Source of the DNA: Betaproteobacteria bacterium
GTDB lineage: Bacteria > Pseudomonadota > Gammaproteobacteria > Burkholderiales > JAHFQX01
Length of the DNA stretch: 64,000 bases
NCBI GenBank assembly: GCA_023259135.1
Contig: JAHFQX010000009.1
Coordinates: forward strand, 2,519-66,518
Reading direction: 5' to 3'
The translations under genes and the position numbers were made by a program. Position 1 is the stretch's first letter, and each line of letters begins with the position of its first letter. Below are positions 49,179-58,698 of the stretch, piece by piece. Under the pieces are notes generated by a model. The model saw only the letters and a program-made list of their open reading frames with translations, ran no database searches and was not told the origin of the DNA.

Positions 49179-50525
49179 ATGGATGCGGCTCGCGTATTGA
49201 TTGTTGATGACGAAGCCGATATTCGGGAGCTGCTGGGAATGGCCCTGACCAAAATGGGGCTGAATACCGATGCGGCCAGCACCCAGGCCGAGGCCGTAGA
49301 CTTGCTCCGGGAGCGGAGTTATGACTTGTGTCTTTCCGACATGAGACTGCCTGACGGAGACGGATTGCGCTTACTGGCCCATATATCCAAGCTCCATCCC
49401 AGCACTCCCGTGGCGGTTATCACGGCCTATGGTAGCACCGAGAATGCCGTGGCGGCCCTTAAAGCCGGGGCCTTCGACTATTTATCCAAACCGGTTTCCT
49501 TGGGTCAACTGCGAAATCTGGTCAAAGCTGCCCTAAAGCTGCCCCGTCAGGGAGCCGGTCGCAAGGCGGAAGATCCGGAGTCGGCCGGCGGGGCTCTGGC
49601 GCTGCTGGGAAATTCCGTTCCCATCCGGCAGGTCCGGGATTTGATCGGCAAGCTAGCCCGCAGCCAAGCTCCGATTTATATCAGCGGCGAGTCGGGCAGC
49701 GGCAAGGAATTGGCTGCCCAACTCATTCACCTGCAAAGCGCCCGCGGTGATTATCCTTTCGTTCCGGTGAATTGCGGAGCGATTCCGGAAAACCTGATGG
49801 AGAGCGAATTTTTCGGCTACCGCAAAGGCGCCTTTACCGGAGCCGACCGAGACCGGGACGGTTTTTTTCAGGCAGCCCAGGGTGGCACTCTGTTTCTGGA
49901 CGAGGTGGCGGAACTGCCGGTCTCGATGCAGGTGAAGCTGCTGCGAGCCATCCAGGAGAAGAAAGTCCGGAAGGTCGGCAGCACTGCCGAAGAAGGGGTC
50001 GATGTGCGAATCATCAGCGCCACCCACATCAATCTCGGGGAGGCGGTAAAAAACGGCCGGTTCCGGCAGGATCTTTATTACCGACTGAACGTCATCGAAC
50101 TCAAAATGCCCCCTTTGCGAGAGATGCCCGAGGATATTCCGGTATTGGCCGCGGCGGCCTTGGGGCGCCATGCCGCTACGCTTTCCGCAGAGCCGCCGCG
50201 TATATCTCCGGAGGCGTTGCAAGCGTTGGGCGGATATGCTTTTCCCGGGAATGTGCGGGAACTGGAAAACATTCTGGAGCGAGCCATGGCCTTGACTTCC
50301 GACTCGGTGATTCGCGTGGAGGATTTGCAACTCGCCGCCCAACCGGAAGCCGCCGCTCTTCCCGGCGGCGAGTTGCCCTTGCAGGAATATCTTGAGCAAG
50401 TGGAAAAGCAAAAGATTCTTGCAGCCCTGGAGCGGGCGCGCCATAACAAGACCGCGGCCGCGAAACTGCTGGGGATCAGTTTTCGGGCGTTGCGTTACCG
50501 CATGGAGCGGTTGGGAATCCATTGA
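49179..50525 (+). CDS. pilR: Sigma-54-dependent response regulator PilR-like
   Basis: REC domain closely resembles PilR as I recall it (LIVDDEADIRELL...CLSDMRLPDGDGL...AVITAYGS). GESGSGKELAA, GAFTGA, C-terminal HTH. Confidence 0.82.
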   Translation: MDAARVLIVDDEADIRELLGMALTKMGLNTDAASTQAEAVDLLRERSYDLCLSDMRLPDGDGLRLLAHISKLHPSTPVAVITAYGSTENAVAALKAGAFDYLSKPVSLGQLRNLVKAALKLPRQGAGRKAEDPESAGGALALLGNSVPIRQVRDLIGKLARSQAPIYISGESGSGKELAAQLIHLQSARGDYPFVPVNCGAIPENLMESEFFGYRKGAFTGADRDRDGFFQAAQGGTLFLDEVAELPVSMQVKLLRAIQEKKVRKVGSTAEEGVDVRIISATHINLGEAVKNGRFRQDLYYRLNVIELKMPPLREMPEDIPVLAAAALGRHAATLSAEPPRISPEALQALGGYAFPGNVRELENILERAMALTSDSVIRVEDLQLAAQPEAAALPGGELPLQEYLEQVEKQKILAALERARHNKTAAAKLLGISFRALRYRMERLGIH

Positions 50526-50530
50526 CGGGA

Positions 50531-51076
50531 ATGGCGATGCGCCTGTTTGCGGATGGCCGGCTTTCGGGAGCGCAGTATGTGCCGTCCCCCAATGCGGATG
50601 AACGCCCTCCGGGAATGGCCGTCGAGTTGCTGGTCATCCATAGCATCAGTTTGCCGCCGGGAGAATTCGGTGGGCGTGGGATTGTGGATCTTTTTATGAA
50701 TCGGCTGGACCCCGATGGACACGCCGCCTATCGGGAGTTGAATGGGCTGCGAGTCTCCGCGCATTTTTTAATTCGCCGAGGGGGGGAAATTGTCCAGTTC
50801 GTGCCTTCCGCCAAGCGGGCTTGGCATGCGGGAGTGTCCAATTGGCGCGGACGGGAACGGTGTAACGACTTTTCCGTGGGGATCGAGTTGGAAGGAACCG
50901 ACACGGCGGCATTCGAAGAGGCCCAGTACCGGAAGCTGGCCGAACTGAGCAAGCTGCTAAAACAGGCCTATCCGGTGCGGGACGTGGTGGGCCATTCCGA
51001 TATTGCCCCCGGACGCAAAACCGACCCCGGTTCTTGTTTCGATTGGGAGCGGTATCGAGCGGACATCGAAAGTTAG
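50531..51076 (+). CDS. ampD: 1,6-anhydro-N-acetylmuramyl-L-alanine amidase AmpD
   Basis: SPNADERP...LLVIHSISLPPGEFGG...SAHFLIRRGGEIVQFV...AWHAGVS...GHSDIAPGRKTDPG. Confidence 0.9.
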   Translation: MAMRLFADGRLSGAQYVPSPNADERPPGMAVELLVIHSISLPPGEFGGRGIVDLFMNRLDPDGHAAYRELNGLRVSAHFLIRRGGEIVQFVPSAKRAWHAGVSNWRGRERCNDFSVGIELEGTDTAAFEEAQYRKLAELSKLLKQAYPVRDVVGHSDIAPGRKTDPGSCFDWERYRADIES

Positions 51077-51125
51077 CGGTCGCTCTGGCAAGATTTGATG
51101 CGGCTTGCGTGAGCCCATGGAGGCT

Positions 51126-51980
51126 TCAATCGAACACCACCGTTTTGTTGGCATATACCAGGACGCGATTTTGGATGTGCCACTTGACGGCTCTTGAAAG
51201 CACCATTTTCTCCAGGTCCGCTCCTTTCTGAACCAAATCCTCCAGGTTGTCACGGTGGGAGATGCGAATGACGTCCTGTTCGATGATGGGGCCGTCATCC
51301 AGCGTTTCGGTCACGTAGTGGCTGGTGGCGCCGATTAGCTTCACTCCTCGTTCGAAGGCGCGGTGGTAGGGTTTGGCGCCATGGAAAGCTGGCAGGAAGG
51401 AGTGGTGGATGTTGATGATCCGGCGGGGATATTCCCGGATGAAATCCCCCGAGAGAATCTGCATGTAGCGCGCCAAAACCACCAAATCCACTCCATGGCT
51501 TTTCAATAACCCCAATTGGGCCTTTTCTGTCAGGGCCTTGGTGTCCGGGGCGATGGGGAAGTGGTGGAATGGGATTTGGTAAAACTCGGCGAGCCACCGG
51601 GTATCCGGGTGGTTGCTGATGATCAGCACGATTTCGCCGTGCAACTCCCCGCTTTTTTGACGGTAGAGCAAGTCTGCCAGGCAATGGTCGTGGCGGGAGA
51701 CGAAAACAGCGATTCGAGGCCGAGGCCCAGAGCAGGTTAAGCGCCACTCCATGGAAAAACGCTGGGCAATGGGGGAAAACGCAGCATCGAAATTTTCCAA
51801 GGAAAGATCGAAATCCCGCAGGTCCCATTCGACTCGGGTCAGGAACAAATTCAGGGTGCCGTCCTGGTGTTGGTCGGCGTGGAGGATGTTGCCATTGTGC
51901 CGGAACAGGAAGTCGGCTATGGCCGCTACCAGGCCTTTTTGGTCGGGACAATTGATCAGCAGAATACCGGTATCTTTCAT
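51126..51980 (-). CDS. purU: Formyltetrahydrofolate deformylase
   Basis: ACT domain GILLINCPDQKGLVAAIADFL. Formyltransferase core INIHHSFLPAFHGAKPYHRAF. ATG 51980. Confidence 0.92.
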   Translation of the reverse strand: MKDTGILLINCPDQKGLVAAIADFLFRHNGNILHADQHQDGTLNLFLTRVEWDLRDFDLSLENFDAAFSPIAQRFSMEWRLTCSGPRPRIAVFVSRHDHCLADLLYRQKSGELHGEIVLIISNHPDTRWLAEFYQIPFHHFPIAPDTKALTEKAQLGLLKSHGVDLVVLARYMQILSGDFIREYPRRIINIHHSFLPAFHGAKPYHRAFERGVKLIGATSHYVTETLDDGPIIEQDVIRISHRDNLEDLVQKGADLEKMVLSRAVKWHIQNRVLVYANKTVVFD

Positions 51981-52270
51981 GGCGGGATCAGGTATGGCGA
52001 AGCTGTCCGGGAGAGGACTGTGAGGGAAGAGCAATCGTAGAGTATTCGTCGGGTGCTGAACAGCGGCGGAAGCTCGCCGAGCTTTTTTGGCCTGACTTTG
52101 TTCGGTTGACATGCCAATTTGCGCCATGATATATGTAAAACAATAGAGTGATATAAATCAACTGATGGCCGAGGCTTGATTGAGGGGTAATCCCCGCCCC
52201 AGGCAGTTTGGAGCGGTATACCGACAAGAAAGGCAATCCGTTATTTTTATTAGTTTTTAAGGAGGAGGAG

Positions 52271-53143
52271 ATGTCTATAAAAGTGCGTCGGCTGTCCTAT
52301 GCGCTGGGGGCCTCGGTGACGGGGGTGGATCTGACCCGACCCCTGGACGACGCCACCATGGCCGAGGTCCACAAAGCTTGGCTGGAACACTTGGTGTTGG
52401 TATTTCCGGGCCAGGATCTGACTCCGGAGCAGCAGATTGCCTTCGGCAAGCGCTTCGGTCCGCTGGACGATCACAAGGCGGTGCCGTTTTACCGTCATCC
52501 CGAATATCCCGAGATTTACCTCATCACCAATCACAAGATCGGGGGCAAGTCCTCGGAGACCAAGGACACGGGGCGTCTTTGGCACTCGGACCATTCCTTC
52601 ACGACGCGGCCGACGATGGCGACCATGCTGTACTGCCGGGAGATTCCGCCGGTAGGGGGCAACACCATGTTCGCCAACACGTATATGGCCTACGACACCC
52701 TGTCCGACACCTTGAAAGGAGTTCTGGAGAAGCTCGAAGCGGTCCATAGCATTGCTTATTACACCGCCGGTCACCTGCAGGACCGCAATCCCGAGCAGAT
52801 TGCCCAGATGCGCAAGGCGAGTCCGCCAGTGGCCCAACCGGTCGTCCGGGTCCATCCCGAGACCGGGCGCAAGGCTTTGTACGTCAGCGAGATGATGACC
52901 TCTCATTTTGTCGGCATGACTCCGGAGGAAAGCCGCGGACTGCTACAGTTCCTGTTCGGTCATTCAGTGCGGCCAGAGTTTACTTATCGCCATGCCTGGA
53001 ACGTGAACGATCTGCTGATGTGGGACAACCGCTGCGTTTTGCACATGGCTCCCGCGGATTACACCCACGAGCACCCCCGTCACATGCACCGATTGACCGT
53101 GTTGGGTACTCCTTGCGGGAGGGCTTACGAGGAGGCCGGATGA
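52271..53143 (+). CDS. TauD/TfdA-family Fe(II)/2-oxoglutarate dioxygenase, paralog 1
   Basis: RBS GGAGGAGGAG. WHSDHSF (H-x-D) plus distal His and DNRCVLH. Confidence 0.85.
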   Translation: MSIKVRRLSYALGASVTGVDLTRPLDDATMAEVHKAWLEHLVLVFPGQDLTPEQQIAFGKRFGPLDDHKAVPFYRHPEYPEIYLITNHKIGGKSSETKDTGRLWHSDHSFTTRPTMATMLYCREIPPVGGNTMFANTYMAYDTLSDTLKGVLEKLEAVHSIAYYTAGHLQDRNPEQIAQMRKASPPVAQPVVRVHPETGRKALYVSEMMTSHFVGMTPEESRGLLQFLFGHSVRPEFTYRHAWNVNDLLMWDNRCVLHMAPADYTHEHPRHMHRLTVLGTPCGRAYEEAG

Positions 53144-53287
53144 GATTCGAGTACCTCTGTGGGCTGCGAGGTGGGTCAAGAAAAAACAGGGCGTCAAAGC
53201 GGTGACTTGAGCGCCTTTAAGAAAACCAAGGATCAAGGCTAATTGCGCGCCCCTGAATAAATTGATACAACTTGCGAGGAGCTAGCC

Positions 53288-54172
53288 ATGGCATTAGGCG
53301 TCAGGAAATTATCTTATGCGCTGGGCGCGGAAATCATGGGACTCGATTTGAGAAAACCCATGGATGACGCGACGGCCGCGGAAATCCGCAAAATTTGGCT
53401 GGAAAATCTGGTGATCGTTATCCGAGGCCAGGAGATCACGCCGGCTCAGCAGGTTGATTTTGGACGCCATTTCGGTCCGCTGGACGATCACAAAAGCCTG
53501 CCGTTTTATCGGCTTCAGGAGCACCCCGAGATTTTCCTGATTACCAACAAAGAAGTGAACGGGAAGCCCTCGGAGACCAAGGACACAGGGCGTCTTTGGC
53601 ATTCGGATCACTCCTTTACCACTCGTCCGACCATGGCCAGCGCCCTTTATTGCCGGGAAATCCCCTCCGTCGGGGGCGACACCGTATTCACCAACATGTA
53701 CATGGCCTACGATACCCTGTCGGACACGCTGAAGGGCATTCTGGATAAGCTGGAGGCAATTCACGACATCACCACCTATGCGCCATTCCGGAAGCGAAAT
53801 CCGGAGCAGGTGGCCGAGATGCATCGGATCAATCCGCCCGTTGCTCAGCCCGTTGTCAGAATTCACGCCGAGACTGGCAGAAAGGCGCTGTACGTCAGCG
53901 AGGCCTTGACCTTCCGATTCGTGGGCATGACCGAGGAAGAAAGCCGAGGGCTCATGGAGTTCCTCTGGGAGCACTCGGTTCGCCCGGAATTCACCTATCG
54001 GCACCAATGGAAAGTAGGTGATCTGCTGATGTGGGACAACCGGTGCGCCATGCACATGGCTCCGGCGGATTACACGCCGGGTGAGCCCCGGCTGATGCAC
54101 CGCATCACGATTCTGGGGACGCCGAGCGGTAGGGTTTATCAAGAAGCTGCCCCGCAAAAGGCGGCCGCCTAG
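53288..54172 (+). CDS. TauD/TfdA-family Fe(II)/2-oxoglutarate dioxygenase, paralog 2
   Basis: Collinear with paralog 1 (ETKDTGRLWHSDHSFTTRPTMA is identical in both). Confidence 0.85.
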   Translation: MALGVRKLSYALGAEIMGLDLRKPMDDATAAEIRKIWLENLVIVIRGQEITPAQQVDFGRHFGPLDDHKSLPFYRLQEHPEIFLITNKEVNGKPSETKDTGRLWHSDHSFTTRPTMASALYCREIPSVGGDTVFTNMYMAYDTLSDTLKGILDKLEAIHDITTYAPFRKRNPEQVAEMHRINPPVAQPVVRIHAETGRKALYVSEALTFRFVGMTEEESRGLMEFLWEHSVRPEFTYRHQWKVGDLLMWDNRCAMHMAPADYTPGEPRLMHRITILGTPSGRVYQEAAPQKAAA

Positions 54173-54191
54173 GAAGGGTGATGGCGCGCCT

Positions 54192-54404
54192 TTGGCGCAA
54201 GGAGTTTGGAGCTGGGTGGGTTGCGGAACCGTGGGGCATTCATGCTTTCACGTACTGCAAAACCCCATGGTCAAGGAACAGTTGCGAGGCCAAGGATTGG
54301 AGGTTCGTACCACTTCTCCTGAGCAGTTGGGGGAAATGGTGAGAATGGAGGCAGCCCGCTGGATTGAGGTTGTTCGCAAGGCCGGTATCCCCAAGATTGA
54401 TTAA
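54192..54404 (+). pseudogene. C-terminal fragment of a Bug/TctC-family periplasmic binding protein
   Basis: VKEQLRGQGLEVRTTSPEQLGEMVRMEAARWIEVVRKAGIPKID aligns with the last ~65 aa of the intact Bug gene at 56329-57306 (VKERLAAQGLEVVGSTPEQLAAIIKPELDTWARVVKEANIPVE). The first ~260 aa are missing. Confidence 0.7.
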
Positions 54405-54427
54405 CCCCCCCTGTTAAGGAGTAACTC

Positions 54428-55222
54428 ATGAAAGCAGCTCAACTAAAATCCGTGAAAGCCTCCAAAGCGCCCCGCGGCATGTCCGAAGAAGAGTGGCAAA
54501 TGCGCTGCAACCTGGCCGCCGCCTACCGGCTGGTGGCCGATTTCGGCTGGACCGATTTGCTGGGCACCCACCTCTCCGCCCGCGTGCCCGGCACCGACGA
54601 CCACTTCCTCATCAATCCTTACGGCATGCTGTTCGAGGAAATCACCGCCTCCAGCCTGATCAAGGTGGACCAGGACGGCAACATCCTCAGCGACACCGAC
54701 TACATCGTCAACCCCGCCGGGTTCGTGATTCACAGTTGCATCCACGTTGCCCGCCACGATGTCGACTGCGTCATGCACCTGCACACCCGGGACGGCAATG
54801 CCGTGGCCACCCAGAAGTGCGGACTGTTGCCCATCACCCAGCACGCTCTGGTGATCTACGACCAAGTCACCTACCACGATTTCGAAGGCCCGGCACTGGA
54901 TTTCGACGAGCAAAAGCGGCTGGTGGCGGACTTGGGAAACAAGCGCATCATGATTCTGCGCAACCACGGCACGCTGACGGCGGGGCGCACGGTGGCGGAA
55001 GCGTTCGTGCTGATGTACCGGATCGAGCGGGCCTGCCGGATGCAGATCGCCGCCCAATCGGGCGGACAGGAGCTTAACCCACTGCCCCAGTCGGTGATCG
55101 ACAAGAGCATCAAGACCGGGCAGATGCTCTATTCCAAGGGGGGATTGTCTCCCGAGGGAGAGAAAGAGTGGAAGGCTTTGTTGCGCAGGCTGGATCGGCA
55201 GGGTTCGGACTATAAGCACTGA
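54428..55222 (+). CDS. Class II aldolase/adducin-domain protein
   Basis: RBS AAGGAG. AAYRLVADFGWTDLLGTHLSARVPG...HSCIHVARHDVDCVMHLHT...LRNHGTLTAG. Confidence 0.82.
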   Translation: MKAAQLKSVKASKAPRGMSEEEWQMRCNLAAAYRLVADFGWTDLLGTHLSARVPGTDDHFLINPYGMLFEEITASSLIKVDQDGNILSDTDYIVNPAGFVIHSCIHVARHDVDCVMHLHTRDGNAVATQKCGLLPITQHALVIYDQVTYHDFEGPALDFDEQKRLVADLGNKRIMILRNHGTLTAGRTVAEAFVLMYRIERACRMQIAAQSGGQELNPLPQSVIDKSIKTGQMLYSKGGLSPEGEKEWKALLRRLDRQGSDYKH

Positions 55223-55243
55223 AGCTATTGGCGGAGTCAATTC

Positions 55244-55275
55244 GGGCGGCCCCTAGGAGCCGCCCTTTTACATTT
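55244..55275 (+). terminator. Rho-independent terminator after the aldolase-like gene
   Basis: GGGCGGC-CCCTAGGA-GCCGCCC followed by TTTTACATTTT. Confidence 0.7.
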
Positions 55276-55295
55276 TCGGTTAAAGAGGACGCGAT

Positions 55296-56315
55296 ATGAA
55301 AATCTGCGTGGTGGGAGCCGGCGCCATCGGCGGTTATCTTGCGGTCAAGTTGGCTTTAGCCGGTCACAAAGTGTCGGTGGTGGCTCGCGGCAATCATTTG
55401 GCCGCCATCCGACAGAAGGGCCTGAGGCTGGTCAATCGGGATAGCCGGGCGGAGCTCCGTGTTCAGAATATCCTGGCCAGCGACCGGATGGCGGACTTGG
55501 GCCCTCAGGATTGCATACTGCTGGCTCTGAAGGCGCATCAGATTGCGGCGGTGGCGGCTGATTTGCGAGCACTTTACGGCCCGGCCACGCCGGTGGTGAC
55601 GCTGCAAAATGGCATTCCCTGGTGGTATTTCCATCGCCATGGCGGTCCTCTGGCGGGAACCCGATTGGAATCGGTGGATCCTGGCGGCCTCATCGGGGCC
55701 CAGTTGGAGCCGGCCCGCATTCTTGGCTGCGTGGTCTATAAGGGAGCGGAAGTGATCGAGCCGGGCGTGATCCGGCACACTAAAACCGCCGGCGACAAGT
55801 TTCCGCTAGGGGAGTTGGACGGTTCGGAGACTCCCCGCATCCGGGCTATTTCCGAAGCCTTGGAAGGGGCGGGAGTGCGTGCCCCGGTGATTCCCGATAT
55901 TCGGCCGGAGAAATGGTTCAAGCTGTGGGGCAACCTGGCCTGGAACCCTATCTGCGCCCTAACCCATGCCCATGCGTTAGAAGTTTATCAATCTCCGGAA
56001 GCCAGTCGGCTGAGCCTGATCATGATGCGAGAGGCCCAAGCCATCGCGGAAAAACTGGGGATCCGGTTCCGGGGTACGCCGGAGGATCGCATACAGCGAA
56101 TTCACGAAATCGGACCAACCCGGCCATCCATGCTGCAAGACACGGAAGCCGGTCGGCCGTTGGAAGTGGATGCCTTGGTCGGGGCGGTAGTGGAACTCGC
56201 CGGGCTGACCGACACGCCGGCCCCCCACGTGGAGGCGGTTTATGCCTGCGCCAAGCTGCTTAACGGGGTGGTGGCGGGACGGCGCGTACGCATCGTCCCG
56301 CAGCCCTTGGACTGA
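55296..56315 (+). CDS. 2-dehydropantoate 2-reductase family (PanE/ApbA-like) oxidoreductase
   Basis: MKICVVGAGAIGGYLAVKLALAGHKVSVVARG Rossmann N-terminus. Ketopantoate-reductase C-terminal domain pattern (PSMLQD...G). Confidence 0.82.
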   Translation: MKICVVGAGAIGGYLAVKLALAGHKVSVVARGNHLAAIRQKGLRLVNRDSRAELRVQNILASDRMADLGPQDCILLALKAHQIAAVAADLRALYGPATPVVTLQNGIPWWYFHRHGGPLAGTRLESVDPGGLIGAQLEPARILGCVVYKGAEVIEPGVIRHTKTAGDKFPLGELDGSETPRIRAISEALEGAGVRAPVIPDIRPEKWFKLWGNLAWNPICALTHAHALEVYQSPEASRLSLIMMREAQAIAEKLGIRFRGTPEDRIQRIHEIGPTRPSMLQDTEAGRPLEVDALVGAVVELAGLTDTPAPHVEAVYACAKLLNGVVAGRRVRIVPQPLD

Positions 56316-56328
56316 TATCCCCGGGACG

Positions 56329-57306
56329 CTATTCGACCGGAATATTGGCTTCCTTGACGACGCGCGCCCAGGTGTCCAACTCGGGCTTGATGATGGCGGC
56401 TAATTGCTCCGGAGTCGAGCCGACGACTTCCAGCCCTTGGGCGGCAAGGCGCTCCTTGACGTCGGGGGCTTTCACGATGCGGGCGATCTCGGCGCTGATC
56501 TTGTTGATGATGTCCTTGGGGGTTCCGGTGGGAACCGACACCCCGAACCAGACCGAGACATCGTAGCCCGGCACTACTTCGCCTATGGACGGAATGTCCG
56601 CCAATACACTGGAACGCTTGGCGCTGGTAACCGCCAGGGCTCGCAGCTTGCCGGCTTTGATGTGGGGCAGGGCGGCGTTGGTGGTTTCGAACATCACCGA
56701 AGCCTCGCCGGCCAGTACCGCGGCCAGGGAGGGGGCGTTTCCTTTGTAAGGGACGTTGAAAAGATCGACTTTAGCCATGGATTTGAACAATTCCCCGGAA
56801 AGCTGACCGACGCCGCCACCCACCGCCAGGTTAATCTTGCCCGGCTGGGCCTTGGCTTGCGCAATGAACTCTTGCAGGGTCTTGGCCGGGACCGCAGGGT
56901 GAACCACCAGGACCATCGGCGTTCCGGCGATGAGGCTGACCGGGGTAAAATCCTTGATCGGGTCGTAGGGAAGCTTGCGGAATAAATTCGGATTCATGGT
57001 CATGTTGCCGTTATAGGCGAACATCAGGGTATAGCCGTCGGGCGCGGCCTTGGCGCCCAATTCGGTGCCGATCATGGCACTGGCCCCCGGCCGGTTGTCT
57101 ATTACGACCTGCTGGCCCCAAGCTTCCGAGAGTTTCTGGCCCACCAGACGGGCGATGATGTCGGTGGTTCCTCCCGGCTGAAACGGGACGATCCAGCGGA
57201 TGGGTTTGCTGGGATAGGACTGGGCCGCGGCCAAGCCCGCGCCGAAAACAAAAAGCCCGGAAAAGCCAAGAACGAAAAGCTGGCGATGCAACGATTTTTT
57301 TATCAT
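56329..57306 (-). CDS. Bug/TctC-family tripartite tricarboxylate transporter substrate-binding protein
   Basis: Signal peptide, then SYPSKPIRWIVPFQPGGTTDIIARL. ATG 57306. Confidence 0.85.
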   Translation of the reverse strand: MIKKSLHRQLFVLGFSGLFVFGAGLAAAQSYPSKPIRWIVPFQPGGTTDIIARLVGQKLSEAWGQQVVIDNRPGASAMIGTELGAKAAPDGYTLMFAYNGNMTMNPNLFRKLPYDPIKDFTPVSLIAGTPMVLVVHPAVPAKTLQEFIAQAKAQPGKINLAVGGGVGQLSGELFKSMAKVDLFNVPYKGNAPSLAAVLAGEASVMFETTNAALPHIKAGKLRALAVTSAKRSSVLADIPSIGEVVPGYDVSVWFGVSVPTGTPKDIINKISAEIARIVKAPDVKERLAAQGLEVVGSTPEQLAAIIKPELDTWARVVKEANIPVE

Positions 57307-57544
57307 GAAAGTTATCCTCCGACAGAATATTTTAGGTTCCAAGCGAGGGTTGCCGCCCGGCCATGGGCAAAGGGCGGCTGCCGTTGGCTTGGGCTTCAAA
57401 TCTTAGCAGACTTTTTGGTTGTCCCCAGGGAAATTGACAACGCTCTCGATTGGCGGGATATTTGTCCGGTCAACCTGTATTGCAAAGGCCGATTACGGCC
57501 CATATCCATTCAAGTCCATTCAAGCTTTTAAGGAGGAGGAGACC

Positions 57545-58420
57545 ATGAAATTGCAAATACGGCGTTTGGCCCATGGCTTGGGTGCCGAAGTTCGGGGGGC
57601 GGATCTATCCAACCTCGACACGGCTGCTTTCGATGCGATCCATGCCGCATGGATGGAGCACCTGGTTTTGGTGTTCCCCGAGCAGCGATTGACCGGACTG
57701 CGGTTCGCGGCTTTCAGCGAGCGCTTCGGGGATCTGGAAATACTGGGAAGCTACCAGGGGCTGGATGAATATATGGACCCCGATTGCCGGGGGTTGATGA
57801 CCGTTACCAACCGCAATATTCGCAACGAGCCCTCCCGGACCCGCGCCGTGGGCAGGAAATGGCATGCCGATCGCTCCTTCGTTCCCCAGGCGCCCATCGG
57901 GACTTTTTTGTATTGCCGGGAAATTCCCGAAGTGGGCGGCGACACCCTGTTTTCCAACCAGTACAGGGCCTACGATACGTTGTCCGAGGGACTCAAGGGT
58001 GTTTTGGATGGCTTGTGGGCGGTACATGATGTCCTGGGCCGCCAGGACAGCCTGGTGAAGGCACTGAGCCCGGAGGAACTGGCCCGTAAGCGCCTGATGG
58101 ACCCCCCTACCGCTCAACCGGTGGTGCGGGTCCATGAAGTGACGGGCAAGAAGGCGCTTTACGTCAGCGAAGCGGTGACGACCGCCATTCTCGGCATGAC
58201 CGAGAAGGAAAGCCGGCCCTTGCTGGAATACTTGTTCCGGCACTCCGTGAAACCGGAGTTCACCTACCGCCACCATTGGCGAGTGGATGACGTGGTGATG
58301 TGGGATAACCGTTGTGCGATGCATTTGGCCTTGGCGGATTTCGACCCGGCCCAGTTCCGCACCATGTTGCGGACTTCGGTGGTGGGGCCGGTGACCGGGC
58401 ATGCTCTTAAGGAGTATTGA
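57545..58420 (+). CDS. TauD/TfdA-family Fe(II)/2-oxoglutarate dioxygenase, paralog 3 (more divergent)
   Basis: Same 17-nt leader/RBS as paralog 1. WHADRSF (H-x-D). DNRCAMH. Confidence 0.82.
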   Translation: MKLQIRRLAHGLGAEVRGADLSNLDTAAFDAIHAAWMEHLVLVFPEQRLTGLRFAAFSERFGDLEILGSYQGLDEYMDPDCRGLMTVTNRNIRNEPSRTRAVGRKWHADRSFVPQAPIGTFLYCREIPEVGGDTLFSNQYRAYDTLSEGLKGVLDGLWAVHDVLGRQDSLVKALSPEELARKRLMDPPTAQPVVRVHEVTGKKALYVSEAVTTAILGMTEKESRPLLEYLFRHSVKPEFTYRHHWRVDDVVMWDNRCAMHLALADFDPAQFRTMLRTSVVGPVTGHALKEY

Positions 58421-58438
58421 GGGCCAGCGGGCGGCCTA

Positions 58439-58632
58439 AGCAGTTTGTTGAAAAACGCCCACGGCGGTTCGATACGGCGGCCGCGCCGTCTACTCAGCAC
58501 GAACGGAATCAGTACATTACCGTTCGCCCTGAGTAGCGCGAAGCGCGTATCGAAGCCTGTCCTGAGCCCCGTCGAAGGGCCTGTCCTGAGTTGCTCGAAG
58601 GGGGCATTTCGGGCGTTTTTCAACAAACTGCT
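58439..58632. mobile_element. 194-bp MITE-like element with perfect 22-bp terminal inverted repeats
   Basis: AGCAGTTTGTTGAAAAACGCCC (58439-58460) is the exact reverse complement of 58611-58632. Internal hairpin at 58490-58536. Tandem 24/23-nt units at 58556-58602. Confidence 0.7.
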
Positions 58633-58698
58633 AGCCCAGCTCTCCGGAGTCAGCAATGGCCGGGTTTGCCCGGGGACGACTCCCCGGACGAAACAACT

